Shown: positions 1-14,299 of the stretch, in pieces | Layout: every line of letters starts with the position of its first letter | Position numbering within the stretch: the stretch's first letter is position 1 | Assembly: GCF_030144855.1 (NCBI RefSeq) | Contig: NC_082731.1 | Coordinates: forward strand, 24,118,001-24,182,000 | DNA from: Hypanus sabinus | Lineage: Eukaryota | Direction of reading: 5' to 3' | Length of the DNA stretch: 64,000 nt | The notes under the pieces: generated by a model | Seen by the model: the letters and a program-made list of their open reading frames with translations, nothing else | Told to the model about the DNA's origin: nothing | The model's database searches: none | Translations under genes and position numbers: made by a program

Positions 1-79
1 GCTGATACACAAGCTCGTGCCCTGGATGAACCTTTTATTTGATTTCCATTCTCTAGTCATTTATCTCTTCGTTCAATTA

Positions 80-285
80 GCTCCCTGGCTCTTTACTTTC
101 TCCTCCCCTCCCTCTTTCACGTGTAACCTTATATTTCCCCCATTGATCCCAGAACCTCTCAGATCTATTCTTCATTTTATTTTTGTCCAGTTCTGCTGAG
201 GTCTCGGACCGAGTAGCTGACTGTACCCTTTTGCAAAAATGCAACCTTGATCCCCATGCTTTCTCTGCGTGTTTTCCTTAACTGT
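80..285 (+). mobile_element. Penelope-like element 3' end (pseudo-LTR) relic
   Basis: Pyrimidine-rich tract followed by CTGCTGAGGTCTCGGACCGAG...CTGACTGTAC, resembling the degenerate terminal/hammerhead region of the other Penelope copies in the window. Confidence 0.4.
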
Positions 286-430
286 TAGGGTAATCTATGT
301 TACGATCTGTTCCGCATGAGCTTCTCTACATTTGAAGAGTCATTTACTGCATCCCCTTTTGGAATTATGCTCTACAACCTAGGCTGTGACAGTGATGAGC
401 ATGCAGAAAGGTTTCACTCGGATACTATTT

Positions 431-1356
431 TGTTCCATACCCCGTGGGTATCTTGTGACTCTCTTATGACCATGATGTAATTGAATATCTTGTGAGCATG
501 ATATAATGCTCTTGTGTTGGTGCGGTGATGTAATTACACGCCAGTGTGAGGTCACGTGATGGCATTTTCTCAACATGTACATAAATGGAAAACCCTGTGG
601 TTACACATTTGATTCGTTCTTTGTTTTGTCGGTTACTCCATTATGCTGCGTATTTGTCTTTTGACGCAGTTTCGTTTAAAAGTGGAGTTACACATTCTAC
701 TGTAATGTACAAAATCTACGTGCCGGCAGCTTCGTCATTCGCTGTCAGTTTTGCTTGGTGCATCTTTGATTTAATTTTAAAGTCTAAGTATTTGACAGTG
801 AAGAACTTACTAAAGTACGGGAACCCGAATGGTTGACTAAAGTCTGCGTCGTTCGGCGATTTAATACAGGATCGACCTTATTGAATCTTCGTTCAGAAGT
901 CGTGACCTACATCTTAGATTACCCCAGCTTGTCAGAGCAGGAAGGTTTGCGCAGTGTTAATTTGACAAGAATAGTATCAGATCCTTTAAGACATTTTTAT
1001 TTCCTTCGTCGTGAATCCTTTGGCAAGGCATATCTCGACTGTGATCAGATGATTAGTCATTTTCTTCGGATAAGTTGTTGCAGTAAAGTCTCTCATTACT
1101 GACTGTATAAATCTATTGCACTTTCGAGTTTACCACTTTAATAATGTGTTCGGAATTACCACTTTAAGACTGGGTACGAATTTACAACTTTCGGAACTAT
1201 TCCAGAGTTAGGCCATTTGCTAAGTTGCCGTATAGCATCTAACGTACGGTTCAGTTAGCAGTTTGTTTACTTTTCATTTTGTTGAGCAAAGTTTAATACA
1301 CGTTTGTTTATAAAACCTGACTTAATTCTATATTCATTGTTGCCGGATATGTAACA
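431..1356 (+). mobile_element. Solo LTR (Gypsy-type) with 4-bp target-site duplication
   Basis: Begins TGTTCCATACC and ends GGATATGTAACA (imperfect terminal inverted repeat, TG...CA). Flanked by ATTT at 427-430 and 1357-1360. A second, diverged copy lies at 57692-58570. Confidence 0.8.
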
Positions 1357-4249
1357 ATTTCATGAAGAAAGTCTATCGGACATTTGCAGTACTTCAGATA
1401 AGTTTCAAACAATTAAGTGAGCAGCCTAAAAGACTATAATTTTTAGAAATTATGTTTGTTTTCAGCTTTAAACTGCCTATCTTAGTCGCAAAAAAAGGTC
1501 GGGTAAGCAATAAGTTGGGGTAAATGCACAGTGAATCTTTGGAAAAATATTGAGTTTTTGAGATGTTTCAAATTGCAGGATCTTTTTATTTCCGCAGCGC
1601 CTTTGATTATGCCACGTCTGAGCAGCTTGGATGGAAACTATTAAATAATTTCGTTATCAGACTTATGCATATGAAATCCTTAGCTACGCCCTTGGACTAT
1701 GCAGTAAATAACATCATCTTAGATCCACAAATAGAATCTCTCCCTCTTCAAATTCGAATAATTTCCAGAGGACTATGTTGCTTGGACGATTCCCCATGAA
1801 GACATTGAAAGAGCGGATGTCACTTTGGATTAAACTTTTGTTTTGAGGGGACGTGTTTTTTTACTGCCAATTCTTGTTCTGCGTGCAAAGCTACAGTATC
1901 TGTTAAATAAATTCGAAAATGTCACAGCAGTTTTCTCTTTTGGAGAGATATTGTGATTTGTTGCCTTTTTTCGGTTTATTTACTTTCTGAAGGCTTCGAC
2001 ATGCTCCTCCATTGCATACACAGCAATAACTATTAATAGCTTCACAATTCACGCCAAGATAGTACTGCTGAGTCTATGAAAGGTAGAAGAGATATAGTAC
2101 GTGTTCTGATCAACTAATTCTGTTGCACAAACGTTGCAGAGGAGTCGCAGACCTGCTTATAGGACTTGTTACATCGGGCGATCAAGTGTCTTCCATATTA
2201 CATGCCATGTGAATTTCCTGTCATCATCCTCGTACCTGTGTACATCCCACCTATGCACAGTGTTAAACAGGATTTATTTCAAGTGAGCAACGGAATAAAT
2301 AGGCATGAACAACGCAACATGACAAATTCAACATCATTTTGACATACTTTCTACTGGTTAGCTAGCCTGATATCGAAATAATTATTGTCAATATAGCACT
2401 TGAACAACCAGAAGACTTCACACCAAAACTGGACCACTATTACACTACAGTCAACAACACTTGCCATACTTCGGAACATTGTATTGACTGATTATACTTC
2501 TACTCCTGGAGCATAAGAAGAGACTAATATTGGCAACAAAAGTAGAGGTAATCAAGAAGCCACTGAATGAAATAATGACATGCATCAGCGCTTGCATTAT
2601 TGCCTTGAATTGCCAGACTGGTCTCTATTTACGTATTGATTTCTGGTCTGAAAGAGTATGTCACAATTGTCAGCGTAGTTATTAAATTCGGTGTGAATGA
2701 GTATGTGATCCCGAGAACATACTGTGCATACGTGAATCAAAAGCTGTGGATGAATATAGACTTTCGAGTTCTGCTGTGGGGTGGTTTGTGGTATTCCATT
2801 CTGGTGATACTGGAGAACAAAAGAAGGACAGGTCTACCAGAGAGAATAATCATAACCCGAAAGGGGGAAAATAAACAAGAAATAGGGAAAAAAATCCTAA
2901 TATTATTGTAAATCTTCCTGGAGAAGTCTCTTTCACAAATTTATGTTTTAAAATGTGTGTTTATTAAGATCGTACGTAAATTCTACTTCAGGAACTTAAG
3001 GTGCTACAGCGCTGTTCCATCACTGACCTGTTCGTTCATCATACATCCGGAATTCTGTTTGTGATGGAGCGGCCGTGGATTCGAATCGGCTGATCGTTAT
3101 TTTGGAGAAGAAGGCGACCTAGATATTTTGAAGCAATTCGTCGAGAAGTCGAGAAGGGAGCAGATCGTGTTGCTGCCTTCTAATTGAATGCACCAGAGTT
3201 GCTGTGTTATGACAGTGTGCAGCACAACCTTGGCTGATCTCAGGGCTATTTTTGCGATTATTGTAAAACTCTGTTGGACAGTGATAATATATGTCTACGT
3301 AAGTCTGATAGATATGTCTTTTGCACGACGACGATACTGAACCTATGTAGTCACAATTGTAGTGAAGACCAGGCATTAGATAAGCGTTCTTGCGATAATG
3401 ACTGACAATGCACATTATATTAATGACACTGGGATACATTGATCAGAAAGACTTACTTCAATTTTGACAAGTTGCTGGAGAGGATGTTTCGGTACAGCAT
3501 ATATGAATATTTAGAGATTAATGGTAGACTTCCTGCATTTGGGAGTAGAATCTCATTCCCCGCTGGACATGAGGAAGAGGCAAAACAAATTCAAGAAAAT
3601 CGAAGAAGTGATGATGTACATTGTACTTTAGTAATGCAATCTACTTAATTCCTCAAGTATGCTGAGGAATTTATGAAATGCGGGGAACGGTGACTGCATG
3701 GAATCAGAATTAACCTGCATACAGAAGGCATATACTTGTATTAAATACAGTGTATCCATCTGGAAGTCCCTGACAAATTGTGTGCGATGGGAATCTGTTC
3801 TGGGATCCTGGCTCTGTATGATTTTTTTTATCAATCCCCTCATTGAATTAGTGGTATGGCGGTTAAATATTTTAAATTGCATAGCCTACATAACGCTTTA
3901 ACTGGAGTAGGATGTCCTTGTATGCGATAGAGGGAATTTCACCGAATGTGCAACTTGAATGAGGTTTGGCCATACACTGCAGTTGTTCAATTTAAAATGT
4001 CCAACTTAAAGACAGAATGCGAGGTGAATGAAAGAATATCAACTTTTGGGGATGACAGAAAATTAGATTTCAGTTTTATAAATTCTTCATTTTTGCGGCA
4101 TTTTATAAGATGGACAGGATGAAACTTTGGCGTGAAGTAGCGTGCCAAAGTTAAAAAAAAAGAGAGGAAGCTTTCAACGGTCATTTAAATCGAAGCAAGA
4201 GGCAGAGGGGAAGAGATAAAAGAAGCTCGAAGTTGTTTATTTAACTTAT

Positions 4250-7200
4250 CAGGGCAATGAGGCTAGACTGCGCAGGCGCGTGTCGTAATGCGCCAACGGT
4301 TCAAAAGAAAGACCGCCAAATACAGCGGCCATCGGCGTGGCGGCCATCGTCGGAGTGGACTGAGGCAGAGTGGGTCGGCTTTGGCTCAATCATGCTTCGA
4401 CGAGAGCAGCCAGAAGCGAGGTTTGAACGGGGCACGAATGCGCACGCGCGAGAAAGTCGGCCTCTGAGATCAGCGGGGGGAATTTAAAAAGCAAGCAGAC
4501 GCTGAGTACGAGCTTCACTCCAGGTGAGATAAGGCCGGATAAGCTCCTTAAGTTAATCTAATTAGCTTAGGAGTAAGTACTGGAGAAAGCAGTTACGGCA
4601 GTTGAGTGCACGGTTTGTACTATGTGGGATGTTAGGGCGAGCACTGCTGTACCTAATGACTACACCTGCAAAAGGCGCATCAAGCTGCAGCTCCTGACAA
4701 ACCTTGTAAGGGAACTGGACCTGGAGCTGGATGACTTCGGATCAATCGGGAGGCATAGGCAGAAAAAGACCTGAAACTCCCTGAAACTCCTCAGGGAGAT
4801 AATCACGACTAGGAGTCAGGAGACCAGTAGTTGGGTGACTGTCAAGAGAGGGAAAGGGTATAAAGAGGAAGAGCAGAGTACACCCGTGGACGTTCCCAAC
4901 AACAATAGGTATAGCGTTTTGGATATTGTTGGTGGGGTCGACCGACCGAGGCAAATTGCAATGGTTGCATCTCTGGCATCGAGACTGGATTCAGTCAGAA
5001 GGCTAGGAGGAAAAAGAGGAAAGTAGTAGTGATTGGGGATTCGATATTTAGCGGGACAGATAGCAGGTTCTGTGGCAGAGATCGAGAATCCCGGATGGTC
5101 TGTTGCCTCCCTGGTGCCAGGGAGTGAGATATCTCAGATGTCGTTCTCAGTATTCTCAAAAAGGAGGGTAAGCAGCCGGATGTCGTGGTCTATGTAGGTA
5201 GAAATGACGTGGGTAGGAAGAGTGAGATGGTCTTGAAAGGTGAGTTTAGGGAGCATGGAGACAAGTTAAGTGACAGGACCTCCAGGATAACAATCTATGG
5301 ATTGCTACCAGTCCCACGTGCAGGTGTGCTTATAAAGAGTAAGATAGTGCAGATCAACACGTGGCTGAAGACATGATGCAGGAGGGACAACTTCAGATGT
5401 ATAGATAATTGGGCAGTTTTACAGGGAAGTTGGCACCTGTTCCGCCGGGACGGTTTACATCTGAACTGGAGGCGGACAAATATTCCTGTAGGTAGGTTTG
5501 CTAAATAGTCTCCAGTGGATTTAAACTAGATACGAGGTTGGAAGGTCAACAAGAGTGTAGGAACAGACGTATGGGGAAGGAAGAAAAAGAAGACAGTAAA
5601 GTTATTTGCACTGTTAGAGATAAACAGAGAGAAATAGGAGGAGAATTTCTTAAATGCATTTATTTTAATGCTGGTAGCATTGTAAGAATGATGGATGAGC
5701 TTAGAGAATGGATTGATACCTGGAAATGTAATGTTGCAGCCATTAATGAAACATGCTTGCAGGAGCGGTGTGCCAGGCAACTATATATTTTTTTTTGGAT
5801 TTCTTTGTTTGGGGTGTGATAGAATCGGAGGGACAAGAGGAGAAAGTATTGCCTTGCCTGCCAGATAAACCAATACAACGGTAGATTACAGGGCTCATGT
5901 AGTGAAGCTATTTGGGTGGAATTGAGGAATGGGAAAGGTGCAGTAACACTTATAGTGGGGTATTATAGACCAACTAATAGGGAGCGAGAATTGGAGGAGC
6001 AAATTTGCAAAAAGATAGCAGATATTTGTAGTAAGCCCTGGGATGTGATTGCGGGAGGTTGTAATTTTTCACCCAAAGACCTGAAAGCCGGTACCAACAA
6101 AGGGATGGGTATTTTGCAGTTTGTAAAATATGAGCAGGCTAGTTTTTTGCAGCAATACGTTGAGGTAACGACGATTGGAGAGGTTGTGTAGGATCTGCTG
6201 TTAGGGAATAAAATAGATTAGGTGACGGAGTTGAGTCGTGGGAAGCACTTGGGCCCAATGATCACAATGCCATTAGTTTCAATATTATTATGGAGAATGA
6301 TAGAACTGGAACCAGGTTTGAGATTTTTCATTCGACAAAGGCCAACTTTGCGGAGATGCGAATGGATTTAGAAGAAGAGGATTGGGGCAATTTGTTTTCC
6401 ATGAAGGATGTAAAAAAAAAATTGAGGTTATTTAAAGTTGAAATTTTGAGGATACAGTATCTTTATATTCCTGTTAGTTTGAAAGGACAAATTAAAAGTT
6501 TGAGAGATCCATGGTTATCAAGGGATACTGGAAACTTGCTTAGGCAAAAGAGAGATATCTACAATAAATACAGGCAGAATGATTAAATGGGGTGCCCGAG
6601 GAATATCTAGAATGTAAGAAGAATCTTAAGAAATAAATTCTAAAAGCTAAAAGAATATAGGAGGTTGTATTGTGAAGTAGGGTGAATATAAATCCGAACG
6701 GTAACTACAGTTATATTAATAGCAAATGATAGTGTGGGATAAAATTGGTCCCTTAGAGCACCAGAGTGGACAGCTATGTGTGGATCAGAAAGTGATTGGG
6801 AAGACTTTGAACAATTTATTTCCTTCTGTATTCACTAAGGAGTAGGATATTGAATTGTGTAATGTAAGGGGAACACGTAGAGAAGTTATGGAAACTGTGA
6901 AGATTAAATAGGAGGAAGTACTGGCGCTTTTATGGAATATAAAATTGGATAAATCTCCGTGTTCTGACAGGATATCCCAAGGAACCTGAGGGAAGTTAGT
7001 GTAGAAGTAGCAGGGGCTCTGACAAAAATATTTCAAATGACATTTGAAAAGGGATGGTGCCTGAGTATTGGCGCATTACTCCTATGGTTCCATTGTGTAT
7101 AAAGTGTTCTAAGAGTAAACCTAGCAATTATAGGCCTGTCAGTGTGACGTCAGTGATAGGTAAACTTATGAAAGGTATTCTTGGAAATGGTATATATAAT

Positions 7201-8490
7201 TATCTGGATAGGCAAGGTCTGATTAGGAATAGTCAGCATTGATATCTGCATGGAAGGTCATGTTTTACAAAATGAATTGCATTTTTAAGAGGTTGCATGG
7301 AAATATGACGAGGGTAAAGCAGTGGATGTTGTCTATATTGACTTCAATAAGGCCTTTGACAACGTGCCGCACGGAAAGTTAATTAGGTATTTTCAGTCGT
7401 CGGGTATTTGTATTGAAGTAGTAAAATGGATTCAACAGTGACTGGATGGGCGATACCAGGGAGTAGTGCTGAATAACTGTTTGTCAGGTGGGAGGCCTGT
7501 GACTGTGATGCAATGTTGTTTCTCATATACATTAATGATCTGGATGATGGGTTGGTAAATTGGATTAGTTGGTATGCAGATGATAGTAAGTTAGGTGTCG
7601 TTCTGGATAATGATGAAGGTTTTCAAAGCTTCCAGAGAGCTTTCGGACAGTTAGAACTTTGGGGTGTACGATGGCAGATTGAGTTTAAAGCTGATAAGTG
7701 TGAGGGGTTACATTTTTGTAGGAATATTCCAAATAGGACAAATATGGTGATGGTTGGGCATTGAAGAATGTAGTACAACAGAGTGATCTAGGAATAATGG
7801 TGCATAGGTCCCTGAAGGTAGAAATTCTTATGGATATGGTGGTGAAGAAAACTTCTGCTATGTTGGCATTTATAAATCGAGCATTAAATATCGGAGCTGG
7901 GATGAAATGGTAAAATTATGCAAGACATTGGTAAGTCCGATTTTGGAGTATTCTGTTCAGTTCTAGTCACTGAATTATAGAAAAGATGGCAACAAAATAG
8001 AGAGAGTAGAGAGATTTACTAGAATGTTACCTGGCTTTCAGGAGCTATGTTACAGAGAATGTCTGAACAAGTTAGGACTTAATTCTTTGAAGTGTAGAAA
8101 GTTGAGGGGGGAACTCATAGAGGTATTTAAAATTATGTGGGCGATAGATAGAGGTGAGGTGGATAGACTTCCTTTTTTCCATTGAGAGGAAGGGAGATTC
8201 AAATCAGAGAACATAAATTGAGAGTCAGGGGGCAAAGGTTTACGGGTAACAGGGTGAATTTCTTTACTTAGTGAGTGGTAGCTGTGTGGAACGAGCTTCC
8301 AGTAGAAGTGATAGAGGCAGGTTCGGTAATGTCACTTAGAGTAAAATTGGATAGGTATATGTACAGGAAAGGAACAGAGGGTTATTGGCTGATGGCGGGC
8401 GGCAGTGGGACTGGGTGTGAGTACGCATTCGGCACGGACTAGAAAGACCGAGATATCCTCTTTCTGTGCTGTATTGTTATATGGTTATAT
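4250..8490 (+). mobile_element. Near full-length but degenerate CR1 LINE (ORF1 zinc finger/leucine zipper + SGNH esterase; ORF2 APE-RT)
   Basis: GC-rich 5' end (CTGCGCAGGCGCG). ORF1 pieces (ECTVCTMW; VVIGDSI; VYVGRNDVGRK). ORF2 pieces (CIYFNAGSI, NYRPVSVTSVIGK, WYADDSKLG). CR1 3' UTR with TATGGTTATATG tail. Many stops and frameshifts; the PQGSVLG motif appears deleted near 7500. Confidence 0.9.
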
Positions 8491-10039
8491 GAAATGGTGT
8501 GTTGTACTTCATAAACGGGAAGCAGTTCAAGAATTTAATGTTAATATTGCAGCACCATGGAACTTTGGATAGACTAAGCTTTGTATCATGTGTATTGTAT
8601 CCAGTTCTTATAGCATCGTGATAGCAATAACTTAAAGCTGTAGTGAGGATGGAGATTGTAAGTACCAGTATGCTTTTTCGGAATCTAAATCATGTAATAT
8701 GAGGAAAACTTTGGCAAGCCTAGGTTGTTTCCCTTTGAGAGAACGGTATGGAACGGGATTTAGTTGTGGCTATAGATATAAAGGTTTTGTTGGAGAAACT
8801 GGACAGCCAGAGAGGATTTTTTTTTACTCGAGGTTCAAGTAGCAAATATGAAAAGTTGTAACTTTACAGAGCTTTCAGGAATGTTTATTGATGCTCTCAA
8901 ATTTCGTCTTCCTTCTATGCAAAATGTGGCAGTGGTGTGAATTGCTAGGGGACGTAGCCAGCTAAGATATATATAAGATGTTTCAAGATCAAATATTGGC
9001 TCGGATCTAATAAAATAACATTATACGTGGTGGATGGTTAAATTGATTTTGTGCGAAGTAGTTGCGCTATCATAAGCCCAAGGTCCTACACTCCTCAATA
9101 CTAATGCAAACATCGCGTTGATTTTACATTTCCTGCAGAGCAAGTCAGAGAGGTTCAATATATACAAGTCATGTCAATGTCATTCAGATTTCTTCAGCAG
9201 TCTCAAAAGTATTCGGAAGCTAATACAATAAGTCATGGGGGGATATTGTCGCCAATATGACAAATTGTGATTTCTTCGTGTGTAGACGGATCGCCGACAA
9301 GATAGTATCTCATACGATACAAAAACTACAGAAGGCTGGAGCTGAAGCCAGAATCACATTACCCTAAAACACACAGAGTATCCGGGACATCTATGGAGTC
9401 GTGGAGCTAGTTACAGAAGGAAACGGCGCATCTTTGAAGAGCGAATTTCAGACTGGACTGGAAAAAGACAAATGTACTATCCTTGATTAGGAATCACCGA
9501 CAGGCTACGCAGCGACAAAGCCAACGAAAATGTATACAGCTATCACAGTCTTCCTCTCAAATCAGCTCAATTTATGATGGATATAGTGCACCGTTCTCCT
9601 TTTTCTGTGACTCGTCAAGCTGCCGAAAAATATTAGTGAGTATTTCCAAATGTAGCTCTTTTAAATAATGAATGCAAAGGACGATTTGAACCAAAGTCGC
9701 TGGACGCTTTCAGTTAAGGCATTTTTTTCTGATTTCCATTGTTCACATGATTGAAGCAGTTTCGGCATCACAATAACAGTTTGATGCAGACGTAAGCATT
9801 TGATGATGATTTGTGATATGTGAGTCAATAATGCTACACAGACACGCCGCATTTCGGTCACAGGTCTCCAAGCAGAATCAGCACAGTCCGCTCACGGTAG
9901 TGTTTTATAAAATATTCGCATTCATCTTTATACTAACATTATACGAATCCAATTTATATCTGATACACCTTTACGTCGCAAAAAAGATAAAATCTGCGGA
10001 TGTTGGTAAAGTGAACAACACAGAAAAATGCTTGATGAA

Positions 10040-10640
10040 CCGAAGATGGCTGGCTGTACGATAAGTTGGGTGGGGGGGGGGGTGTGTGGATACAGTCGAT
10101 GGTTCAGGACTGGAGAAAGAATTAAAAAAAACAATGCGGTGCAGATTGGAAAGATATGGGAGTGGAGAGAATAACATCAGGAGATAAGTTAAACTTGGAG
10201 GGGGAGGGATAAAGCAAAGAGCAAAGTAAAAAGCACTCAAGACCGCAGAAGAAATAAAATTGGGCTGGGGTGGAGCACAGGAAGGAAGAGCTTAGCCGGC
10301 TAGGTGATAACGTGGGAGTGAATATGGGACGGGAAATGGTGAAGTAGTTGAGGCATTATTGGAAGTTTGAGAAATAAATGTTCATGTCATCAGGTTGGAG
10401 AAGAACCAAACGAAGTATACGGAATTAAAGGTTTTGTTCCTCCAACCAATGTGTGTCCTTATCAGAACAGTGAATGACGCCATGGGTGGTAATATCGGAA
10501 TTGGAATGTAAAGTGGAACGAAAAAGGGGGTGAAACTGTAAGAAATCACGCTTGTTCTGTCGGAAGGAGCACAGATATTGGGCGACCCACGGACATCGAT
10601 CTGGTGACTTCAATGTACTAATCTGCAGAGTACAGGGAAG
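10040..10640 (-). mobile_element. Penelope-like element 3' fragment
   Basis: Reverse complement aligns with the post-GIY-YIG region of the Penelope copies at 18400-18690 and 20430-20620 (RLEEQNL..I..L....PDDMNI-like). Confidence 0.65.
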
Positions 10641-11286
10641 ATTATTTTTAAAGTCAGCCAATGGATATTGACGGGCCTGTGAGATGGCAGAAAATTAGTT
10701 CCCACCATAATTACACGCAGCTGAATTTGTGCGTATAAACCATTAGGAGAAGCGGTGGGTTATATGTTTACTGGAGAACATGTATGCAATCGATTTGCTG
10801 AGAAATGCCATCAGGTTCCGAATGGCGCAGCAATCTGGAGACCTCTAGCTCGAATGCTACGGTGACAGTACAATATTTGGATGGATCCACTGCTTCACTG
10901 ATAGGCCTTGATATTCACTGCGCAGAGATACAAGGCATAGCCAGAAACAAGAGCACTGGAGATGGTTAAATGTAACCTCGTATTTTCTCTCTGATATGCA
11001 GCCGAAAACCCCTTTGAAGCATGTGCTGACCGATTCACGGATCGGCTGCTGAAACTCCTCTGTATATATTTTGGAGATTCTCCTTGACTTCGGATATACC
11101 AGCAGGAATTTTAACTAACATATGCTTCTTGGAAAGTTCATGTTAGTATTAAGATCAGTCCTTTTTTTAACCATTAATTCAGGCCGATACTGTGCTCTTA
11201 TATCATCACCAAAGGTTCCTGCGACACGTGACAAAGATTGTGATAAAACTGTGAGTAAATCCAACAATCAAAACCACAACCAGAAT

Positions 11287-11400
11287 CACAGACAAAATGC
11301 TGGTGGAACGCAACAGGACAGGCAGCATCAATTTTAACTGTCAGTGCTTCTCCTATAGATGCTGCCGGGCCTGCTTTGTTCCCCCCGCATTTTGTGTGTG
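11287..11400. repeat. Imperfect 43-bp inverted repeat (Penelope-terminus-derived hairpin)
   Basis: 11287-11329 CACAGACAAAATGCTGGTGGAACGCAACAGGACAGGCAGCATC pairs with 11358-11400 GATGCTGCCGGGCCTGCTTTGTTCCCCCCGCATTTTGTGTGTG across a 28-nt loop. Confidence 0.75.
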
Positions 11401-12019
11401 TTGTTGTTTGAATTTTGAATTTCCAGCAACTGTAGATTTCCTCGTGTAAACCCACAACCAGCATTGGACCAGAGACTCATGAGGGACAGAAAGAATATTT
11501 ATAAAAAATGGCCAAATACGCAGCATTACCACTGCTTTAATAATAGAACTGAAAGTCCTGAATAAATGCTCCATGTTCATGCTTCCATCGTAATCAGTAT
11601 TTTTAACGACCAGGGACAGATTTACTTTATATTCCACAGAACCCTATTCCTTGCTTGTAATTGGCTAGTATCTCACTGATGTTATTGTTTGAGTGCAACT
11701 TTCTGCCATTATGTGCTCTGAGTTATCTGACTCTTCTCTATCTATATAGAAATGTAGATAGCTCCGTCTCTCTGTCTCCCTGCCTCTCTCGATCTTATCA
11801 TTTTACCATACCGCCAAATCTCCATTCCTTCCTCAGTGTCTGCTGTTGTTGCTTGATTTTTTTTTTTCATTTTATTTCAGCAAAGTTGCACAAATTCTTT
11901 CACAACAGCGAACAAATCAGCATGTATTTAACAGTGAAAGATATAGACCGAAGCATTTCATTATGACAGAGTGAACGAGTCAAAAGCTGTATAAAAGTGT
12001 GTGGATGAGGGCAATTGGC

Positions 12020-12206
12020 GTGCGATAATCGAATCCATGTGAGACACCGAAGAGGGAGGGCGTCCTCAGATAATCATGAAAAATACTGAGAGTATGCGGG
12101 TTGGGAAGTCAAAATGGTAAGAAATCAAAATACAAATGGACAGATTGCTTGCAATAAAAACACTGAAGTGTGGCAGGAGAGGGCGGCTAATGACAAGGGG
12201 AAAAAA
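12020..12206 (+). repeat. Dispersed repeat, homologous to 33595-33760 (probably an old LINE relic)
   Basis: Shared collinear blocks GATAAT..AT.CATGTGAGA, AAAAATACTGAGAGTAT and AATGACAAGGG.AAAA. Confidence 0.6.
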
Positions 12207-12209
12207 TTG

Positions 12210-12480
12210 CAACTAAATGAGAGTGGACTGTTTACCAGAACCTGAACGTCCACATTAGTTCACTCAGACAACCAGTTTATATTCTTATCTTCACAGAATG
12301 GACAGGGTCAAGTCTGACCCGGACCAAGAATCCCCTTATAACCAGCTTATATACCAAACTTTGAACCACAGAACTATTCAGAAGGTATCAAGTGCCTTTC
12401 TGACAGTAATCAATGGGAGATTAATCCTTACTTGATATTTCAGAGATCTAAAATCCATTTCAATATGGACTGGTCTAACT
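12210..12480 (-). mobile_element. Old CR1/L2-type RT fragment
   Basis: Minus strand contains TGTCAGAAAGGCACTTGATACC (KAFDT-like), L.YKL...GI and NWLS motifs of a LINE RT. Confidence 0.45.
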
Positions 12481-13215
12481 TGACACTGTACAGCCTCAGT
12501 ATACCAACATTTGTACACCCGTACAAAAGTATGTATTTTAATATATTCATTTTTGCGAATTTTGTGTCACTTTAGGAAAAGCAATCAAATTCCTGCTACG
12601 AAAAATGGTATTTAGCGTGTCTTACTGCTGTCAGATGTACAACCGGTTCGAATTTGACCCGAACAAAATGTGCTGGCTAATGCGGTGACTTTTTGGTGAT
12701 TTCATTAAGTAATATTCGCACGATGATACCGATTTATTTTTAGGAAGGAGCAAAATTGTTCTGCAACAAGCTTTTCCACTTTAATTGACGAAGTGTACTG
12801 CAGCACTGGCCTTTGAGAAGAGGTTTTTCATAATATCGACAATCTGTGAAGCTGCAGTATAAGCAAATTGCAACATTTGTGAATAAAGCCGACAGAAATC
12901 CACTGTTAGGGTAATACAGGTATTTCCAGGGATTGACGAGAAGCAGCTCTTGACAGCTTCTGGACGTGTAGGCATCTAATACAGTGTGGAAAGACCGAAC
13001 TAAGATTTTACTGCTATTGTTGATATTATTATTTCATCTAATGGCTTTCTGTCGAAGCAATTTTTTTCTGCATGTTGTGTGCGCGTTACTGTTGAAGATA
13101 AATGCCTGTGCCGCTCAATTATAGGAATGTCCTGTTATCCAATCACGATGGAAGAAGGTTCTAGGGGACGTTGGTCAGTCCGGCTGAGTTTGCGTCTGAC
13201 ATTGTGGCAGGTCAA

Positions 13216-13247
<32 letters not shown>

Positions 13248-13379
13248 TTTTTTTGCCCAGACACAGAGACACAGAGAGAAGAAGTTCGAGAAATCTGATT
13301 CACGGATTTCAGCAGTTTCACAGATGGCCGATATTGTGATCGATGAATAATAGTTAGTCCGAGGAAATGCCAGACACAT

Positions 13380-14260
13380 CGCGTTTTGTAAGATGTTATG
13401 CCATTCGGAATCAGGTATTTCTTGCCGACAGACAAAAGCGTGGGAGTGTTAATTACACAGTATTCAGACAAATCGCGGTGTACATGGGGTACGCCACAAT
13501 ACATCACGGTTTCAGTGGAACCAAAGCCAAACTGAACTAGTAACGATACTTTTGGGAGGCTCTCTCACCGCTGAGGTGGTGCTTGTTAGCGAATGTGAGG
13601 TGTAACCTAGTTGCATCTCCACAGACACTGATTAGAAACTGTTGTCATTCTGGGGTCTCGCCTCGAAACTAATACGTGATTACAGTATATGGTAACGACT
13701 GCCACAGTGATCAAGCATTGCTGCGATTTAAAAGGGATTACAGGAAAATAAGGCTGATGCTAGGAACGGAATGGATGTCATCAGCGGAAGTACTGATGAG
13801 AGTTTTAAGTTCGGTTCCAATATTGCGGAAAGTAACAATCATAGAATGGCAGCTTGGAGAAATGGCGTGCAAAAATGTTATTTTAGTTCAGACTAACAAA
13901 GACGTCGTGGGAGTGGATCTGGATGTTATGCTTGTGGTTCCTGGAGAGGGGAGGCCTTCAGTGAAGTTGGGCGTGTCGGCAAGGGTGCAAAATTGGAAGT
14001 TGAGAAACTCCTAGATGAGGAGGAAAGTTTTAACATTCGTTTCTTCCGAGGGAGGGGGAGAAGTTATGCAATAAGTGCTTCAGCGACAGTTGAAAATTTT
14101 GGTTCGTGTCGGCAATTACGCAATGGTTGGGTAATGACAATGGCCGCGGGAACAGAATTGTAGGCTGAGTATTTTCTTGGAGGTGATATCAACCGCTAGG
14201 GTAGGAGGAATACATGACTTCGGGGAGCAGACATGAAACATACTGGATTAGTGGCAGTGT
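13380..14260 (-). mobile_element. Decayed Penelope RT N-terminal fragment
   Basis: Minus strand GCAGTCGTT and GAGGCGAGACCCCAGAATGAC resemble the AVV / EARRQLSD motifs; compare EAQRKLTD at about 18885. Confidence 0.45.
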
Positions 14261-14299
14261 TCCAATAATGTGAAAGTACAGCGACCGGTAGAGAGTCGA

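Noticed and set aside
1527-2263. Isolated CACAGTG heptamers (1527, about 2256; also 30608 and about 36348)
   Set aside because: None has a nonamer at 12 or 23 nt or an upstream V frame; the 30608 one is part of the CR1 3' UTR.
9370-9645. V-like fragments (LVTEGNGASLKSEF; QISSIYD..SAPFSFFC) resembling V2 FR1/FR3
   Set aside because: No Cys23 or Trp41, the pieces are in different frames, the spacing is too short (about 55 aa), and there is no acceptor or RSS. Could be a very old relic but is not supportable.
11677-12180. Leader-like ORF, strong acceptor at 11880 and IgHV-like words (VWMRA; IQMDRLLAIKTLKCGR) with V-like spacing
   Set aside because: The motifs fall in three different frames with stops, there is no RSS, and 12020-12206 is a dispersed repeat also present at 33595-33760.
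12822-12848. GGTTTTTCA-11nt-ATCTGTG, J-type RSS-like
   Set aside because: Poor heptamer, 11-nt spacer and no FGxG J motif downstream.
13235-13507. Minus-strand ORF with DLSEYC resembling a V FR3 end
   Set aside because: Lies within a decayed Penelope RT relic; no Cys23/Trp41 framework or RSS.
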